Counted from the first letter of the whole stretch, positions 10,185-21,127 are shown. The stretch is 63,739 bases of DNA, filler included, from an uncultured Methanosarcinales archaeon (GCA_964550945.1; 24 parts of 24 records of this genome joined end to end with filler, not necessarily neighbours in it), one strand, 5' to 3'. The notes: generated by a model from the sequence alone, not told the origin. Program-made: numbers and translations.

Positions 10185-10635
10185 AGCTAGTTGAGCATTA
10201 ATTTTGGTCGGTGCATACATCTTTTCCATGTTTATGATAAACAAATAAGCTCATATTTGTAATTTTCGGTTTACGATAAACAAAGCCTATTTTGGGAACA
10301 ATAGCTGCAACAGCATTCCTTACATTATTTATAGAATATGTTGCGCTGTTTGTTTAGTTGTCCCAAACTCGCGACAAAAACTAATCTAGTCTCTGGTATA
10401 TATTTTTACTCATAATAAACCTTAAATAGTTCGTCTTCTGCTGAGTACAAAAGAAGGGGGTTTTTGTATCTGTTTACTGAGACCTATTGATGGGGATTAT
10501 TCTTGCGAGCAGTAATTCAACGGCTTGATAGCGATAGATTGCTGGGAAATTGCAAATTGGCTTATTATACCATGAGCTAAGCAAACTTTCTCGGCTTTTG
10601 AAGGCAGTTAGGCCAAAATTAAAAAAAGAGGTGAG

Positions 10636-11820
10636 ATGATGAAAAAAACAATAAATTGCATTATAACTCTAATTCTGGTAATAGGGATGTTGCCGGTCGT
10701 GGTGTCGGAGGAAGCGGAAATTGGAAGCGAAGCTGTCATTGATATAGGGGGAGATGCATGCATACCTCCATTGGTGTTTATTGATCCGACAGCAAGGCTT
10801 TGGAATCCAAATGACCAGACTTATTATACAGCAGGAATATATGGCGCTATTGTGACAAACGCTTACGGTGATGAAGGTTATGAAATCCCAGAGAGGCAGA
10901 ACTATTTCTTTCAAGGAGAGCTATTGACTTATTATATCGGAGTTTATGATGAAAATGGTGCTGATGACATTGATGGAGTCAACCTTTTGGTTGATGGCAT
11001 TCCTCATGGATCTTGCGCTGAAAGAGACTTGATAGACGATTATCGGACTGAAAATGGTGCTACTTTAGCGCAAGCAAGAAATTATATGACAGACCATTTT
11101 AGTTTAGATCCTGCATTAGACGCTTCAAATGATTACGAATACTACAAGTTCTTTGCCTGTACCTTGATAGTCCAATCTAGCTGGAATGACACTGAGCCGG
11201 TATCAGTCCAAGCTTATGATGGTGGCATTGACGCTTGTGAAGCAGATCCAAATTATGTAGTAAGCTTGTGGACTGATCTCTTGGACTTTAATCCATCACT
11301 GGCTTTGGCTCTAACTGGAGGCCCTGTTGACTTTGGCAGCACTTCGCCAGGATCAACTGCGATATCAACTACAGTCTATCTAGAGAATGATGCTGAAGAT
11401 GGATCCGGAGTTGTAATGGATATGTACATTGCAGCAGATGATTATTTTGCAGATCCAACTAATCCTAGTGCATTTTGCGGGACTGGAAATGGAATTCCAT
11501 ACTATCAGTTCAAGTACTATGCAACAAAAGGAAGCATAAATTCAGGAAGCAATGACAATTTTTTTCCGGCGTTAGGAGCGACTGTAAACGATCCAAACAT
11601 ACCTATAAATATCTGTACGGCAGATGTGGATGAGTTCACTTATCTGACCAGCCATAGTGGAGAGATCGATGATATGTGCAGGATACTAAACTGGGAGAGG
11701 GATTGGTCGCTATTGAACCAAGGTGGAGAGATGTCAATAACTTTTAAGCTTGAAGTGCCTGATCCATGCTATGGCAATTTTACAGACGGGCAGTTTAGGT
11801 TTGTAGGAAGAGTCGTATAA
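10636..11820 (+). CDS. Secreted acidic surface/S-layer-like protein
   Basis: Signal peptide, D/E-rich, GAGGTG SD, long 5' leader, T-rich terminator after stop. Confidence 0.7.
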   Translation: MMKKTINCIITLILVIGMLPVVVSEEAEIGSEAVIDIGGDACIPPLVFIDPTARLWNPNDQTYYTAGIYGAIVTNAYGDEGYEIPERQNYFFQGELLTYYIGVYDENGADDIDGVNLLVDGIPHGSCAERDLIDDYRTENGATLAQARNYMTDHFSLDPALDASNDYEYYKFFACTLIVQSSWNDTEPVSVQAYDGGIDACEADPNYVVSLWTDLLDFNPSLALALTGGPVDFGSTSPGSTAISTTVYLENDAEDGSGVVMDMYIAADDYFADPTNPSAFCGTGNGIPYYQFKYYATKGSINSGSNDNFFPALGATVNDPNIPINICTADVDEFTYLTSHSGEIDDMCRILNWERDWSLLNQGGEMSITFKLEVPDPCYGNFTDGQFRFVGRVV

Positions 11821-11849
11821 AAGAAAAATTATTTTTTTTATTTTTTTGT

Positions 11850-12296
11850 TTAGGGCTTTTTTTTCATAGACTTGGGCTTTATCGGCTCAGGTATAAGATC
11901 ATGCACCAGCTTCTTAGCAAACTCTTTGGTTATCCCCATTATTTTCTTGTCTGCAGATGTCTTCACAATCTGCTGGACTCTTCTTGTGAAATAATGCTCA
12001 GCAGTGATTGATAGGACTAACAAAGTAGTGCCAACGCCAACAAATGCAAAAATCACTGTGAAGATCCTGCCTATCTCTGTTTTTGGATAAATGTCGCCAT
12101 AGCCTATTGTGGTTAATGTAACTCCGACAAAATAAAATGCATCGACAAAAGACCAATGCTCAAAATGCATATAGAACAATATCCCACCAACAAAAAGAAT
12201 GATTAAAGAGGATATGCCTGCAACAACGCCAGCAGTCATTATTTTTGGCTTTTGCGATCCAGATATTTGCTCTTCCATGAAATGAGTTAAGTGCAA
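11850..12296 (-). CDS. Two-TM potassium channel (Ion_trans_2)
   Basis: TTIGYGD selectivity filter; start probably 12278. Confidence 0.92.
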   Translation of the reverse strand: MHLTHFMEEQISGSQKPKIMTAGVVAGISSLIILFVGGILFYMHFEHWSFVDAFYFVGVTLTTIGYGDIYPKTEIGRIFTVIFAFVGVGTTLLVLSITAEHYFTRRVQQIVKTSADKKIMGITKEFAKKLVHDLIPEPIKPKSMKKKP

Positions 12297-12552
12297 GATA
12301 TTTATAAAATCATCGGTTTATAATTTGATTTATCCTTTCACTGGAAGTTTAGGCATTTACTTCAACTATAATAGCGGACAAGGAATATTGAGAATTGTTG
12401 TCCGCTCTTAATACGAAGAAATTGCTTTGCAATTTCTTGTGGTATATAAAGTNNNNNNNNNNNNNNNNNNNNNNNNNNNNNNNNNNNNNNNNNNNNTTAA
12501 TTAATTAANNNNNNNNNNNNNNNNNNNNNNNNNNNNNNNNNNNNNNNNNNNN

Positions 12553-12604
12553 CAATATGGCACAATTTGCTTAGATTATAACAAATCAATCCTGTCCCAA
12601 AATC
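12553..12604 (+). mobile_element. 3' end of multicopy IS, copy 2
   Basis: 52-nt identity to 9589-9640. Confidence 0.6.
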
Positions 12605-12996
12605 CACTTAAAAGCAGGAACCCAACAAGTATTGGAATTATATAAAAATAGTTTATTTTTCTTTTTTTATATTCTAAATCAAAATATTCAAATCCTTCCA
12701 TAAATATATTTAGAAGTTATAGATTATATATCTTTCGAATTTTTGGCTCGGCAATTGCAACTAATAAGTTATATACACCAAACGCAGAATTTTAGGGTTT
12801 TAGGAGCTGAAATGGCTAAATTCTGAAATTCATAATCTAATTTTTTTATTTTCTTGAAAATCATTAGTTAATCTACCCACTGGACATGCCTTAAACCTCA
12901 AAATTTTGAAGATACGAGCCATATAACCCCCAAATAAGCTACCATTGGACACTGGACATGGACACATAAGGTATTTAAAGGAGGATAATCTACATA

Positions 12997-13098
12997 TGTT
13001 CAGGCATTGACGAAATGCCAACCTCGCTTCCTGGAGCAATGCGCAAGCATTAGCTCATAATCAAGGGAAGTTTGAAATAAAAAGCGAACAGCAAGAGG
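12997..13098 (+). ncRNA. Candidate structured 5' leader RNA of the ssb-like/radA operon
   Basis: GGCATT/AATGCC hairpin; GCTTCCT/GGGAAGT enclosing GAGCAATGC-GCAA-GCATTAGCTC; lies between TATA (12972-12979) and ATG 13107. Confidence 0.4.
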
Positions 13099-13106
13099 CG
13101 GTATAA

Positions 13107-13400
13107 ATGAAAGAAAAGAATAATGGCGTACAGCCAGAAAAGAAATTTAGCACTGGAGCAATAAATGCTACAGTTTGGCGCAATAATGGCGTCAGCAAGA
13201 ACGGAGGGCCTGTTGAGTTCAGGACAGTGCAGCTCCAAAGAAGGTATAAAGACAAAAACGGAGTATGGCAATCAACTTCTTCTTTAAGGCTGAATGATTT
13301 GCCAAAGGCTTCATTAGTCTTGCAGAAGTCATATGAATATCTTGTCCTAAAAGGACAAGATTCTTCTGACAATGATATAGAAGAAGACATTGTTATGTAA
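13107..13400 (+). CDS. Small putative ssDNA-binding protein (PC4-like fold)
   Basis: KF..G.I.A.VW.N...RRYKD..G.W.ST.SL...DL pattern, acidic tail, upstream of radA; paralogue at 40384. Confidence 0.6.
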   Translation: MKEKNNGVQPEKKFSTGAINATVWRNNGVSKNGGPVEFRTVQLQRRYKDKNGVWQSTSSLRLNDLPKASLVLQKSYEYLVLKGQDSSDNDIEEDIVM

Positions 13401-13410
13401 GGTGATGATG

Positions 13411-14421
13411 ATGAGCAGAAAACAAAAAGAAGAGATTGATGAAGACATCCAAGAGCCAGAGAAGGAGTTTAAAGGCAAGGCAAATACATTAAGCGATTTG
13501 CCTGGTGTTGGCCCAGCTACTGTTGAAAAATTAGAAGCAGTAGGCTATACTGATTTGATGGCTGTTGCAGTCGCAACCCCTGGCGAAATAATTGATGCCA
13601 CTGGAATGACCGAAGCTGCCGCAAAAAAAGTGATTATTGCGGCAAGAAACTCATTGGATATGGGTTTTATGAGTGGTGAAGAGCTTTTAAACAAACGAAA
13701 TAAAGTTTTGAGAATAACCACAGGAAGCGAGGCCTTTAACAAATTAATTGGCGGTGGATTTGAAACATCAAGCATCACAGAATGCTTTGATGAATTTGGA
13801 TCAGGTAAAAGCCAATTAGCGCACCAATTAGCTGTATCTGCCCAGACGCCTGTTGAGAAAGGGGGCGCTAATGGGATTACTGTGTTTATAGACACAGAAA
13901 ACACATTCAGGCCAGAGAGAATAGAACAAATTGCCAAAGCTCAAGGCTTAGATCCTAATGAAGTGCTTAAGAACATAAAAGTAGCTAGAGCTTATAACAG
14001 CGATCATCAGATGCTTTTGGCAGAGAAGGTTGAAGACCTGATCAAAAAAGAAGGCCTTAATGTTAAGCTGGTCATAATTGATAGCTTAACTGCGCACTTC
14101 AGGGCAGAGTTTGTTGGAAGAGGGACTTTAGCAGATAGGCAGCAGAAGTTAAACAAGCATATGCATGTCTTAAGCAAGCTAGCTGATATCTATAACTTGA
14201 GTGTTTACGTAACAAACCAAGTTATGGCTAAGCCAGACCAGTTCTTTGGCGATCCAACTACGGCAATCGGAGGCCATATCGTAGCTCATAACTCAGCGAC
14301 AAGAATCTACTTGAGGAAAGGCAAGAAAGGCAGTAGAGTAGCTAAACTAGTTGACAGCCCTTATCTGGCAGATGGAGAAGCAATGTTCTATCTTACTACA
14401 GACGGCCTAAAGGACGTCTAG
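13411..14421 (+). CDS. radA: DNA repair and recombination protein RadA
   Basis: HhH N-domain, [37 protein letters not shown] before 13411. Confidence 0.97.
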   Translation: MSRKQKEEIDEDIQEPEKEFKGKANTLSDLPGVGPATVEKLEAVGYTDLMAVAVATPGEIIDATGMTEAAAKKVIIAARNSLDMGFMSGEELLNKRNKVLRITTGSEAFNKLIGGGFETSSITECFDEFGSGKSQLAHQLAVSAQTPVEKGGANGITVFIDTENTFRPERIEQIAKAQGLDPNEVLKNIKVARAYNSDHQMLLAEKVEDLIKKEGLNVKLVIIDSLTAHFRAEFVGRGTLADRQQKLNKHMHVLSKLADIYNLSVYVTNQVMAKPDQFFGDPTTAIGGHIVAHNSATRIYLRKGKKGSRVAKLVDSPYLADGEAMFYLTTDGLKDV

Positions 14422-14480
14422 TTCTTTTTTTATTTTTAAATTAAGAATAAATTATTTAAATAGATCCATCTTTCATTAAA

Positions 14481-14714
14481 ATGGAAATCACATATTCAGT
14501 TCATTGGATGCGCAAAAAGAGGTATAGAGCCGATATAACTGATGACTTGATTGAGTATGCAATAATAAATTCAAATGAACTTAGGGATAAATATTGGGGA
14601 GATGCTTCCAATGCTGTATGTAGAGTCCCTCAACTTGGTAAAATGCTTAAGGTAATCTATAGAAGGATTGGTAAAAATAAGATTAAAGTTATAACTGCCT
14701 TTTGGCTCGATTAA
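14481..14714 (+). CDS. DUF4258/BrnT-like putative toxin
   Basis: YSVH...LKVIY...KVITAF; paired with DUF2283 gene. Confidence 0.6.
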   Translation: MEITYSVHWMRKKRYRADITDDLIEYAIINSNELRDKYWGDASNAVCRVPQLGKMLKVIYRRIGKNKIKVITAFWLD

Positions 14715-14715
14715 A

Positions 14716-14928
14716 ATGAAAGAAACATGGTATGACAAAGAGGAAGATATTCTGAATATAGGGCTTAGTAAGGGCGAATACTGGAAAAGTGTTGAACTGC
14801 CTAATGGGGTGGTTATTGATCTTGCTAAAGATGGTTCAATTACTGGCATCGAAATCCTTAAAGCTAGTAAGGTTTTTTCTGGAGATTTAAAAAGAGTGAT
14901 AGAACAAGCAAAGCCAATTGTTGCATAA
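14716..14928 (+). CDS. DUF2283 family protein (putative antitoxin)
   Basis: YDKEEDILNI...DG.ITGIEILKAS. Confidence 0.85.
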   Translation: MKETWYDKEEDILNIGLSKGEYWKSVELPNGVVIDLAKDGSITGIEILKASKVFSGDLKRVIEQAKPIVA

Positions 14929-15079
14929 TTAGTGCACTTATTGTATGTTCTATCTTTAACATTTGTTTTTTAGTGCCTTTTAGTCAAGCCTTAGTTAGTT
15001 CTGTTTTTTTGTTGTAGAATTTAAGAGGATGCCAAAGATAGCAGAAAACTTTATTAATAATCCACTCTTAATAGTATCT

Positions 15080-15369
15080 ATGAGGGTTGTGATCTTATTT
15101 CTATTTTTATGCGCTTTTATTTTAGGCTGCGCAACAACTAAAGAAGATATCAATAAAACATATGAAAAAGGAGGCGAGAGTATGAAATTAAGCTCAAATG
15201 CTTTTCAAAATGGAAGCATGATTCCAAGTAAATATGCTTGCAAAGGAGACAATATTAATCCACAGCTTTCTTGGAGCGATGCTCCAGCAGGAACAAAGAG
15301 TTTTGCCTTGATTGTAGATGATCCAGATGCTCCAGCAGGAACTTGGGTGCACTGGCTTGTAAAAGATAT
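15080..15369 (+). CDS. YbhB/YbcL PEBP-family protein, 3' truncated
   Basis: SFALIVDDPDAPAGTWVHW; lipoprotein-like N-terminus. Confidence 0.9.
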
Positions 15370-15497
15370 NNNNNNNNNNNNNNNNNNNNNNNNNNNNNNN
15401 NNNNNNNNNNNNNTTAATTAATTAANNNNNNNNNNNNNNNNNNNNNNNNNNNNNNNNNNNNNNNNNNNNATAAAAAAGGATAACTAACTAATAACCC

Positions 15498-15848
15498 CTA
15501 TTTCAAGCTATCTCCAATCTGTTTAGCTATCTTTTCAGCTTTTTTAGCCAGATTCTTAGCAACTCTTTCTCCTTCTCTGTTTGCCTTGCTGCTGTATTTC
15601 CTTATCGCTGGTTTTGCCTTAGCCAGCTGTTTTTTTGCTTCAGCAATGACAAGCTTATCCAATTTTGCATTAGCCTTTTTTATCTCTGACAAGACCTTTT
15701 TCGCTAAAGCCTTCGCTTCTTGTTTTCCTAAAAGCCTGTTTTGCACCAAAGACTTGACCACCTTCTCAGCGCTTTTCTTTGTTAAGCTCAATGCACCCAA
15801 GCCAATCAACAATCCTTTTTGTATTTGTTTTTTATCCATACATCTCAC
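15498..15848 (-). CDS. Phasin-like basic helical protein
   Basis: GLLIGLGALSLTK..AEK.V..LV pattern, commonly found next to UbiB kinases. Confidence 0.6.
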   Translation of the reverse strand: MRCMDKKQIQKGLLIGLGALSLTKKSAEKVVKSLVQNRLLGKQEAKALAKKVLSEIKKANAKLDKLVIAEAKKQLAKAKPAIRKYSSKANREGERVAKNLAKKAEKIAKQIGDSLK

Positions 15849-17554
15849 CTCAATTTTCTTTCTTTAAATATCGAAACAAATAACACTATTCCAAGCGCAG
15901 CAGCCAGGATAAAGCAAAGATAGGCAATTGGCTCAACTGTCCTTAACACCAGTGATCCAGCAATCAGAAGAGCAGCAATTATCATCCCATAAGCAAGCCT
16001 GTTGCTTGATCTGTCAATCTCCAACGACAATTTTCTTATTCCGCTATCATCAATATCAATCTTAAATCTGCCTTCCTGTATTTTTTTTAAAGCCCTTGTT
16101 GTCTGCTCTGGCAGATCTATAACAAACCTTCCAAACTTATTGAAATTTCTGACAACATTATCTACCATATATTTTGGGTTTAATCTCTGCATCTCCAGCT
16201 CTTTAATAAAAGGCTCAACATTACTGCTGAAGTTGAAATCAGGGTTATACTTCAAAGCAATGCCCTCTAAAGTCAAAATTGTCTTGCCAAAGAGAACAAA
16301 ATCAACAGGCATCTTGATATTGTTCTTTAAAGCAATGTCCAAAACATCTTCCAAAATTCTGCTTATCTTAATATCCTTCAGGCTAGCCCCTTTAAGAGGC
16401 TCAATCACTTCCAGAATCTGCTCTCTAAAATTTTCAATATCCACCTCTCCATCCACAGCGCCCATATCAAGGAACGCCTGTATAACCTTATCAGGATCCT
16501 CTTTTACAATCCCGTAGAAGAGGTCAATTGCCCTTCTTTTCAAGATCTCGCTGAAATGCCCTACAATCCCGAAATCAACAAAAGCAACCCTATTATTGTT
16601 TAGAACCATAATGTTCCCTGGGTGGGGATCAGCATGAAAAAACCCATCCACAAAAACCTGCTTCATTATAGCATCAAAACCGTTCTTTATCACCTTTGGT
16701 GCGCTAAGCCCCCTCCTTTTCATTGCCTTAAAGTCCCGGATATCTATCCCATTAATAAACTCTAAGACCAAAACTTTTTTAGTTACATACTCGCTGTATA
16801 CTTTAGGTATCTTCACATTAGATATATTCTCAAAATTCCTATAGAATCTGCTGGCGTTTCTGGCCTCATTTTTAAAATCCAGTTCTTTTCTTGTCCATTC
16901 AGAAAATTCCTTTACAATGGCAACCGGGCTGTATTTTTTTATCTCAGGCACTTTCTTTTCAAGTAACTGCGCAATATAAATCATAATCTCAATGTCAGTA
17001 ACCAAAATCTCTCCTACATTAGGCCTTTGTACTTTCACTGCAACCTTTTCTCCATTCTTCAAAGTTGCTTTATGCACTTGGCTTATAGAAGCAGAGGCAA
17101 CAGGCGTTTTGTCAAATGTCTTGAAAAGCTCTTTGACTGGTTTTCCAAGCTCTTCTTTTATTATCTTTTCAACTTCATTATAGGAAAAAGGGCTTACTCT
17201 GTCTTGTAGTTTTTCTAATTCAATAGTGTATGAGACAGGAATAAGGTCCGGCCTTACGCTAAGCAACTGCCCGAATTTAATAAATGTTGGGCCTAATCTC
17301 TCTAAAGTTCTTCTTAACCTAACTTCGGGTTTTATCTGCTCCTTCTTTTTTACCTCAGCTTTCAATCTTTGCTTTATAGGAACATTCCTTCTTAACTTGG
17401 TTCTTGCCAATAGGTAACCAAATCCTTCTTCGAACAGAACTCCTAGTATCTTCTCAAATCTTTGCACATCTCTGATGCGCTTCATCAGTGTTAGAGCCAT
17501 ATAACTCTTGTTAATCTCCTTATTTAAATAGTTTTTGATTAATGTTTTAACCAA
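15845..17554 (-). CDS. ABC1/UbiB (AarF) atypical kinase
   Basis: LGPTFIKFGQ, ASASISQVH, VAVKVQRP, FFHADPHPGN, DFG; start probably 17500. Confidence 0.95.
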   Translation of the reverse strand: MVKTLIKNYLNKEINKSYMALTLMKRIRDVQRFEKILGVLFEEGFGYLLARTKLRRNVPIKQRLKAEVKKKEQIKPEVRLRRTLERLGPTFIKFGQLLSVRPDLIPVSYTIELEKLQDRVSPFSYNEVEKIIKEELGKPVKELFKTFDKTPVASASISQVHKATLKNGEKVAVKVQRPNVGEILVTDIEIMIYIAQLLEKKVPEIKKYSPVAIVKEFSEWTRKELDFKNEARNASRFYRNFENISNVKIPKVYSEYVTKKVLVLEFINGIDIRDFKAMKRRGLSAPKVIKNGFDAIMKQVFVDGFFHADPHPGNIMVLNNNRVAFVDFGIVGHFSEILKRRAIDLFYGIVKEDPDKVIQAFLDMGAVDGEVDIENFREQILEVIEPLKGASLKDIKISRILEDVLDIALKNNIKMPVDFVLFGKTILTLEGIALKYNPDFNFSSNVEPFIKELEMQRLNPKYMVDNVVRNFNKFGRFVIDLPEQTTRALKKIQEGRFKIDIDDSGIRKLSLEIDRSSNRLAYGMIIAALLIAGSLVLRTVEPIAYLCFILAAALGIVLFVSIFKERKLR

Positions 17555-17580
17555 TAAATTTAAATATAATCAGCTAAAAA

Positions 17581-17865
17581 ATGAGGATAATGAAAGAAAA
17601 AGATCCAACACTGACAGAATTAAAAGGCTTTATTAAAAAAATCGCAAAAGATGTGAGAGAAATAAGGGAATTTGCAGACGCTCTGCTTATGGCAGCAGAG
17701 ACAAGGCCAATCAGCAGAGAATGGATTGAGGGGGTTTGCAGTAAGATAATAGAGCTTGATAACGACATAAGCAAGACAGATTACGGAATAAAACAGGATC
17801 TTAAAAAAGTGATTAAAGATATAAAAAGAGCAGAAGAATTACTAGAAAAAGTAACCGACAAATAG
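17581..17865 (+). CDS. Hypothetical coiled-coil protein
   Basis: 94-aa ORF preceded by TTTAAATA. Confidence 0.6.
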   Translation: MRIMKEKDPTLTELKGFIKKIAKDVREIREFADALLMAAETRPISREWIEGVCSKIIELDNDISKTDYGIKQDLKKVIKDIKRAEELLEKVTDK

Positions 17866-18168
17866 CTATTTCACAGAATCCAAAACCCAATCTCTGTATT
17901 TTTTGTTCTCAGAGCATTTTATCTTAATAATGCAAGGCACTTCATAGCTATGAATTTTTTCAACCTCTTTTTCCATCAATCCAAACTTTTTTTCGGTTGT
18001 TTTAGCTATAACCAAGAATTCCTTATCATCTGCAATCTTGCCATTCCATCTGTACATAGAGTTTATTGGAAGCATATTTGAGCAAGCAATTAATTTTTTT
18101 TCAAGCAAATGCAAGGATATTTTTCTAGCTTCCTTCTCATCCCTACAGGTTATATAAGCGAGTGTCAT
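17866..18168 (-). CDS. cutA: Divalent cation tolerance protein CutA
   Basis: LIACSN, SMYRWNG, HSYEVPCI. Confidence 0.93.
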   Translation of the reverse strand: MTLAYITCRDEKEARKISLHLLEKKLIACSNMLPINSMYRWNGKIADDKEFLVIAKTTEKKFGLMEKEVEKIHSYEVPCIIKIKCSENKKYRDWVLDSVK

Positions 18169-18355
18169 AAGCCTATTTAATGCAAACTGGCTTATTAAAC
18201 TTTCTAAATCCCGCCAAGAGTTCGTCATGGTCTGAAAGACCTGACGGTGAATTGGNNNNNNNNNNNNNNNNNNNNNNNNNNNNNNNNNNNNNNNNNNNNT
18301 TAATTAATTAANNNNNNNNNNNNNNNNNNNNNNNNNNNNNNNNNNNNNNNNNNNN

Positions 18356-19648
18356 TATCTCTAAAACGCTTTTCTTTATCCCTCCTTTTGCAGCTGAAAC
18401 TATCAACGCAATCTCAGTAGGATCCCCTATTGGTTCATCACCTAAACTTGCATCATTGCAAATTGCGCCTATCTCTAATAGCTTTGAAAAAGAATCCGAG
18501 CTTACAACCTTTTTGTCACAGCTAAAGATTCCTTCAGTAGAATAGCCAGCTCCGCTGACATCTATAACTTTTTTATTTACAAATAATCTCTTTACAGTCA
18601 TCTCATTTTTAGTTAATGTCCCTGTTTTGTCTGTGCATATAACATCAGTAGCTCCTAATGTTTCTACAGAAGGCAATTTTCTTATTAATGCATTCCTTCT
18701 TATCATCTTCTGGACTCCAATAGCCAAGCTGATAGTCACGATTGCCGGCAAGCCTTCTGGTACAGCTGCAACCGCTAATGCAACTGCAGCAATAAACATC
18801 TCAATCACGCTGGCCTCTCCTTTTAACACGCCTGCAATAAATACGATGAAAGCAATCACTATTGTCAGCCATCCAATCCATTTGCCTAATCCTTGTAATT
18901 TTTTTTGTAGTGGCGTTAATTTGGCTTCTTCTTGCTGGATAAGATGGGCAATCTTACCGAGCTCTGTATACATACCAGTTGCAATAACCGCTGCCTTCCC
19001 TCTGCCGTTTGTTATGATAGTTCCAGAAAAAACCATATTCTTCATGTCAGCCAAAACAGTTTTTTCAGGCAAAGCATCCAGCTCTTTTTTTATCGGCAGC
19101 GATTCTCCTGTCAAAGATGCTTCCTGTGTTTGCAGATTTGCAATCTCAATTAATCTTGAGTCAGCAGGAACTTTTTCTCCGCCCTCCAAGACAAGGATGT
19201 CTCCAGGCACTAATTCCTTTGTGTCAATAATCCTTTCTTTTCCATCTCTGATAACCCTCGCTTTTAAGCTTGCCATCTTTTTTAAAGCTTCAATTGCTTT
19301 CTCAGCCCTGTATTCCTGGATAAAGCCCAGAACTGAATTGAGAATTAGGATAACAAAGATAACAATACTATCAATAAAGTGGCTTATTATTGAGCCGCCT
19401 TCATCTGAATATTCCCTGTAGCCTACTACCGCAGATATAACCACGGCTATCAATAAGATGTAAATTATGAAGCTATTGAATTGCGAGAAAAATATCTTCC
19501 ATGGAGATATCTTTTTTCCTTCTTTAATCTCATTTAAGCCGTAACTATCTATCCTATTTTTAGCTTCTGTTTCACTTAATCCCTTTTCAGATGTTTTTAA
19601 TTCATTAAATATCTGTTTTATGGTTTTTTGATGGTACAATTTAAACAC
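18356..19648 (-). CDS. P-type ATPase, Ca2+-transporting type II, 3' truncated
   Basis: TGES, VPEGL, DKTGTLT, GDPTE. Confidence 0.95.
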
Positions 19649-20294
19649 CTATCCTTATATTGTTTATATCCTCAAAAATAGTGTCAATTGTTTTTGCAGG
19701 CCATCCACTATTAATGAGGGATTGTCTTATTGCTTCATTGCTATAGCCTGCTGCTAAGCAGCTTTTAATATAGCTTTCAAGCTGGACTGCTCTTGGGTCT
19801 GTAACAGCTTCCCTTATCTGGATTCCTTGCTTGACATCTCCTAATCTGGATTTAAACTTATCTACCCTCCCTTTAAATTCTCCTTTAAACATGCCCCTTG
19901 CTTCTTTCCCCCTTCTGTAAATTACGACTATAAATGCAGAACACACCAGTATTAACCCTGCATAAATTAGCATACTGGTTCTTTTCTTTGGAGCAAGCTT
20001 GGCTTCACAAGATTCACATACCCCTCCGCAATCCACATCTTCTTCGTTTTGGTTGAATATATTATCAAAACACAGCATATTGCAGCTTCTGACAACCTCT
20101 GGCTTGTTTTTCAGGGTTCCACATTGCCTGTTGTCAATGCAGGTTCTTGCCTGTACACTTTTTGTGCAACCACTCCACTCAGAGCATTCCCAATCAGCAA
20201 TGCAGCTTTTGTTTTTATTGTAAATATGCAAAGTTGTTATTGATGCAGCTATTATCATTACAAATAAACCGGCAAATATTATCCATTTCTTCAT
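19641..20294 (-). CDS. Membrane protein with Cys-rich extracellular module
   Basis: CxxxWxCSEWSxC and EEDVDCGGVC motifs; two TM segments. Confidence 0.7.
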   Translation of the reverse strand: MKKWIIFAGLFVMIIAASITTLHIYNKNKSCIADWECSEWSGCTKSVQARTCIDNRQCGTLKNKPEVVRSCNMLCFDNIFNQNEEDVDCGGVCESCEAKLAPKKRTSMLIYAGLILVCSAFIVVIYRRGKEARGMFKGEFKGRVDKFKSRLGDVKQGIQIREAVTDPRAVQLESYIKSCLAAGYSNEAIRQSLINSGWPAKTIDTIFEDINNIRIGV

Positions 20295-20482
20295 TCTATG
20301 ATCTCCTCAACACCCTTTTGCAGCTCCTCAAATTTTAAATACCATTTATTTGCGGATGAATCATAACTAAAGACCACATTATATTTTTTCTTCTTGTCTA
20401 AAGCAAACAGAATAGGCATAGGGATAGTAGTTTCATAACTAGAGCCTCTCATGTACAGCTTTCTCTTGAACTCAACTGCCAT
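20291..20482 (-). CDS. Small AbrB-like DNA-binding protein
   Basis: RKLYMRGSSYETTIP swapped-hairpin pattern. Confidence 0.6.
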   Translation of the reverse strand: MAVEFKRKLYMRGSSYETTIPMPILFALDKKKKYNVVFSYDSSANKWYLKFEELQKGVEEIIE

Positions 20483-20647
20483 TTTACTTATTAAACTACT
20501 TATTTATATACAACTTTATTTACTTATATTTAAAGATTGTGGTTTTGTTAAACGGAGGTGTGGTAAATGTCGAGTGGTAAGAAACGAGTGATTGAGGAGA
20601 AAGGTTTAGATTAGAACATTCATTCTCTACTTTAATATTAAAGATAT

Positions 20648-21127
20648 TCAAAAGAAAGTCTTTATTACTTTTTCTACGCCATTAAGAAGCTCATCCACTT
20701 CCTCCTTTGTGGGTTCTCTTTCTTTTGCATGCCCGCATATGTTTCTAATATCTGCCAATCGCTGGACAAAGCGCCATTTAGGTACATCATAAATGCTGTT
20801 TTTCTTCAAGGCATCATTAAAATCAGAAATGGAAGGATCATTTTTTAATATGGTGATTCTATTTGTTGAAACAACATTTGATAAATGTCTCTCTAATGTT
20901 ACTCCAGCAAGAATTCCAGCAGGCCTCAAAAATCCCTTTTTTAGAAGCTCTCTGCCTGCCTCTAATTCACTATCGAATAATTCTGCTTCAAGCACCCCAT
21001 GTATATCTGCTAAGATTGAATCTACTTTATCTTCTATAGCCATGAGTATTGCAACTTGACATCGAAATTTTGATAGAATTCCTCTTTCCACCAGTCTATA
21101 GCGAGCCAAGAGCGGTGACTGGTGGGA
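20648..21127 (-). CDS. HEPN/DUF4145-like protein, 5' part missing
   Basis: AGVTLERHL and RNICGH (Rx4H) motif. Confidence 0.7.
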   Translation of the reverse strand, partial: SHQSPLLARYRLVERGILSKFRCQVAILMAIEDKVDSILADIHGVLEAELFDSELEAGRELLKKGFLRPAGILAGVTLERHLSNVVSTNRITILKNDPSISDFNDALKKNSIYDVPKWRFVQRLADIRNICGHAKEREPTKEEVDELLNGVEKVIKTFF

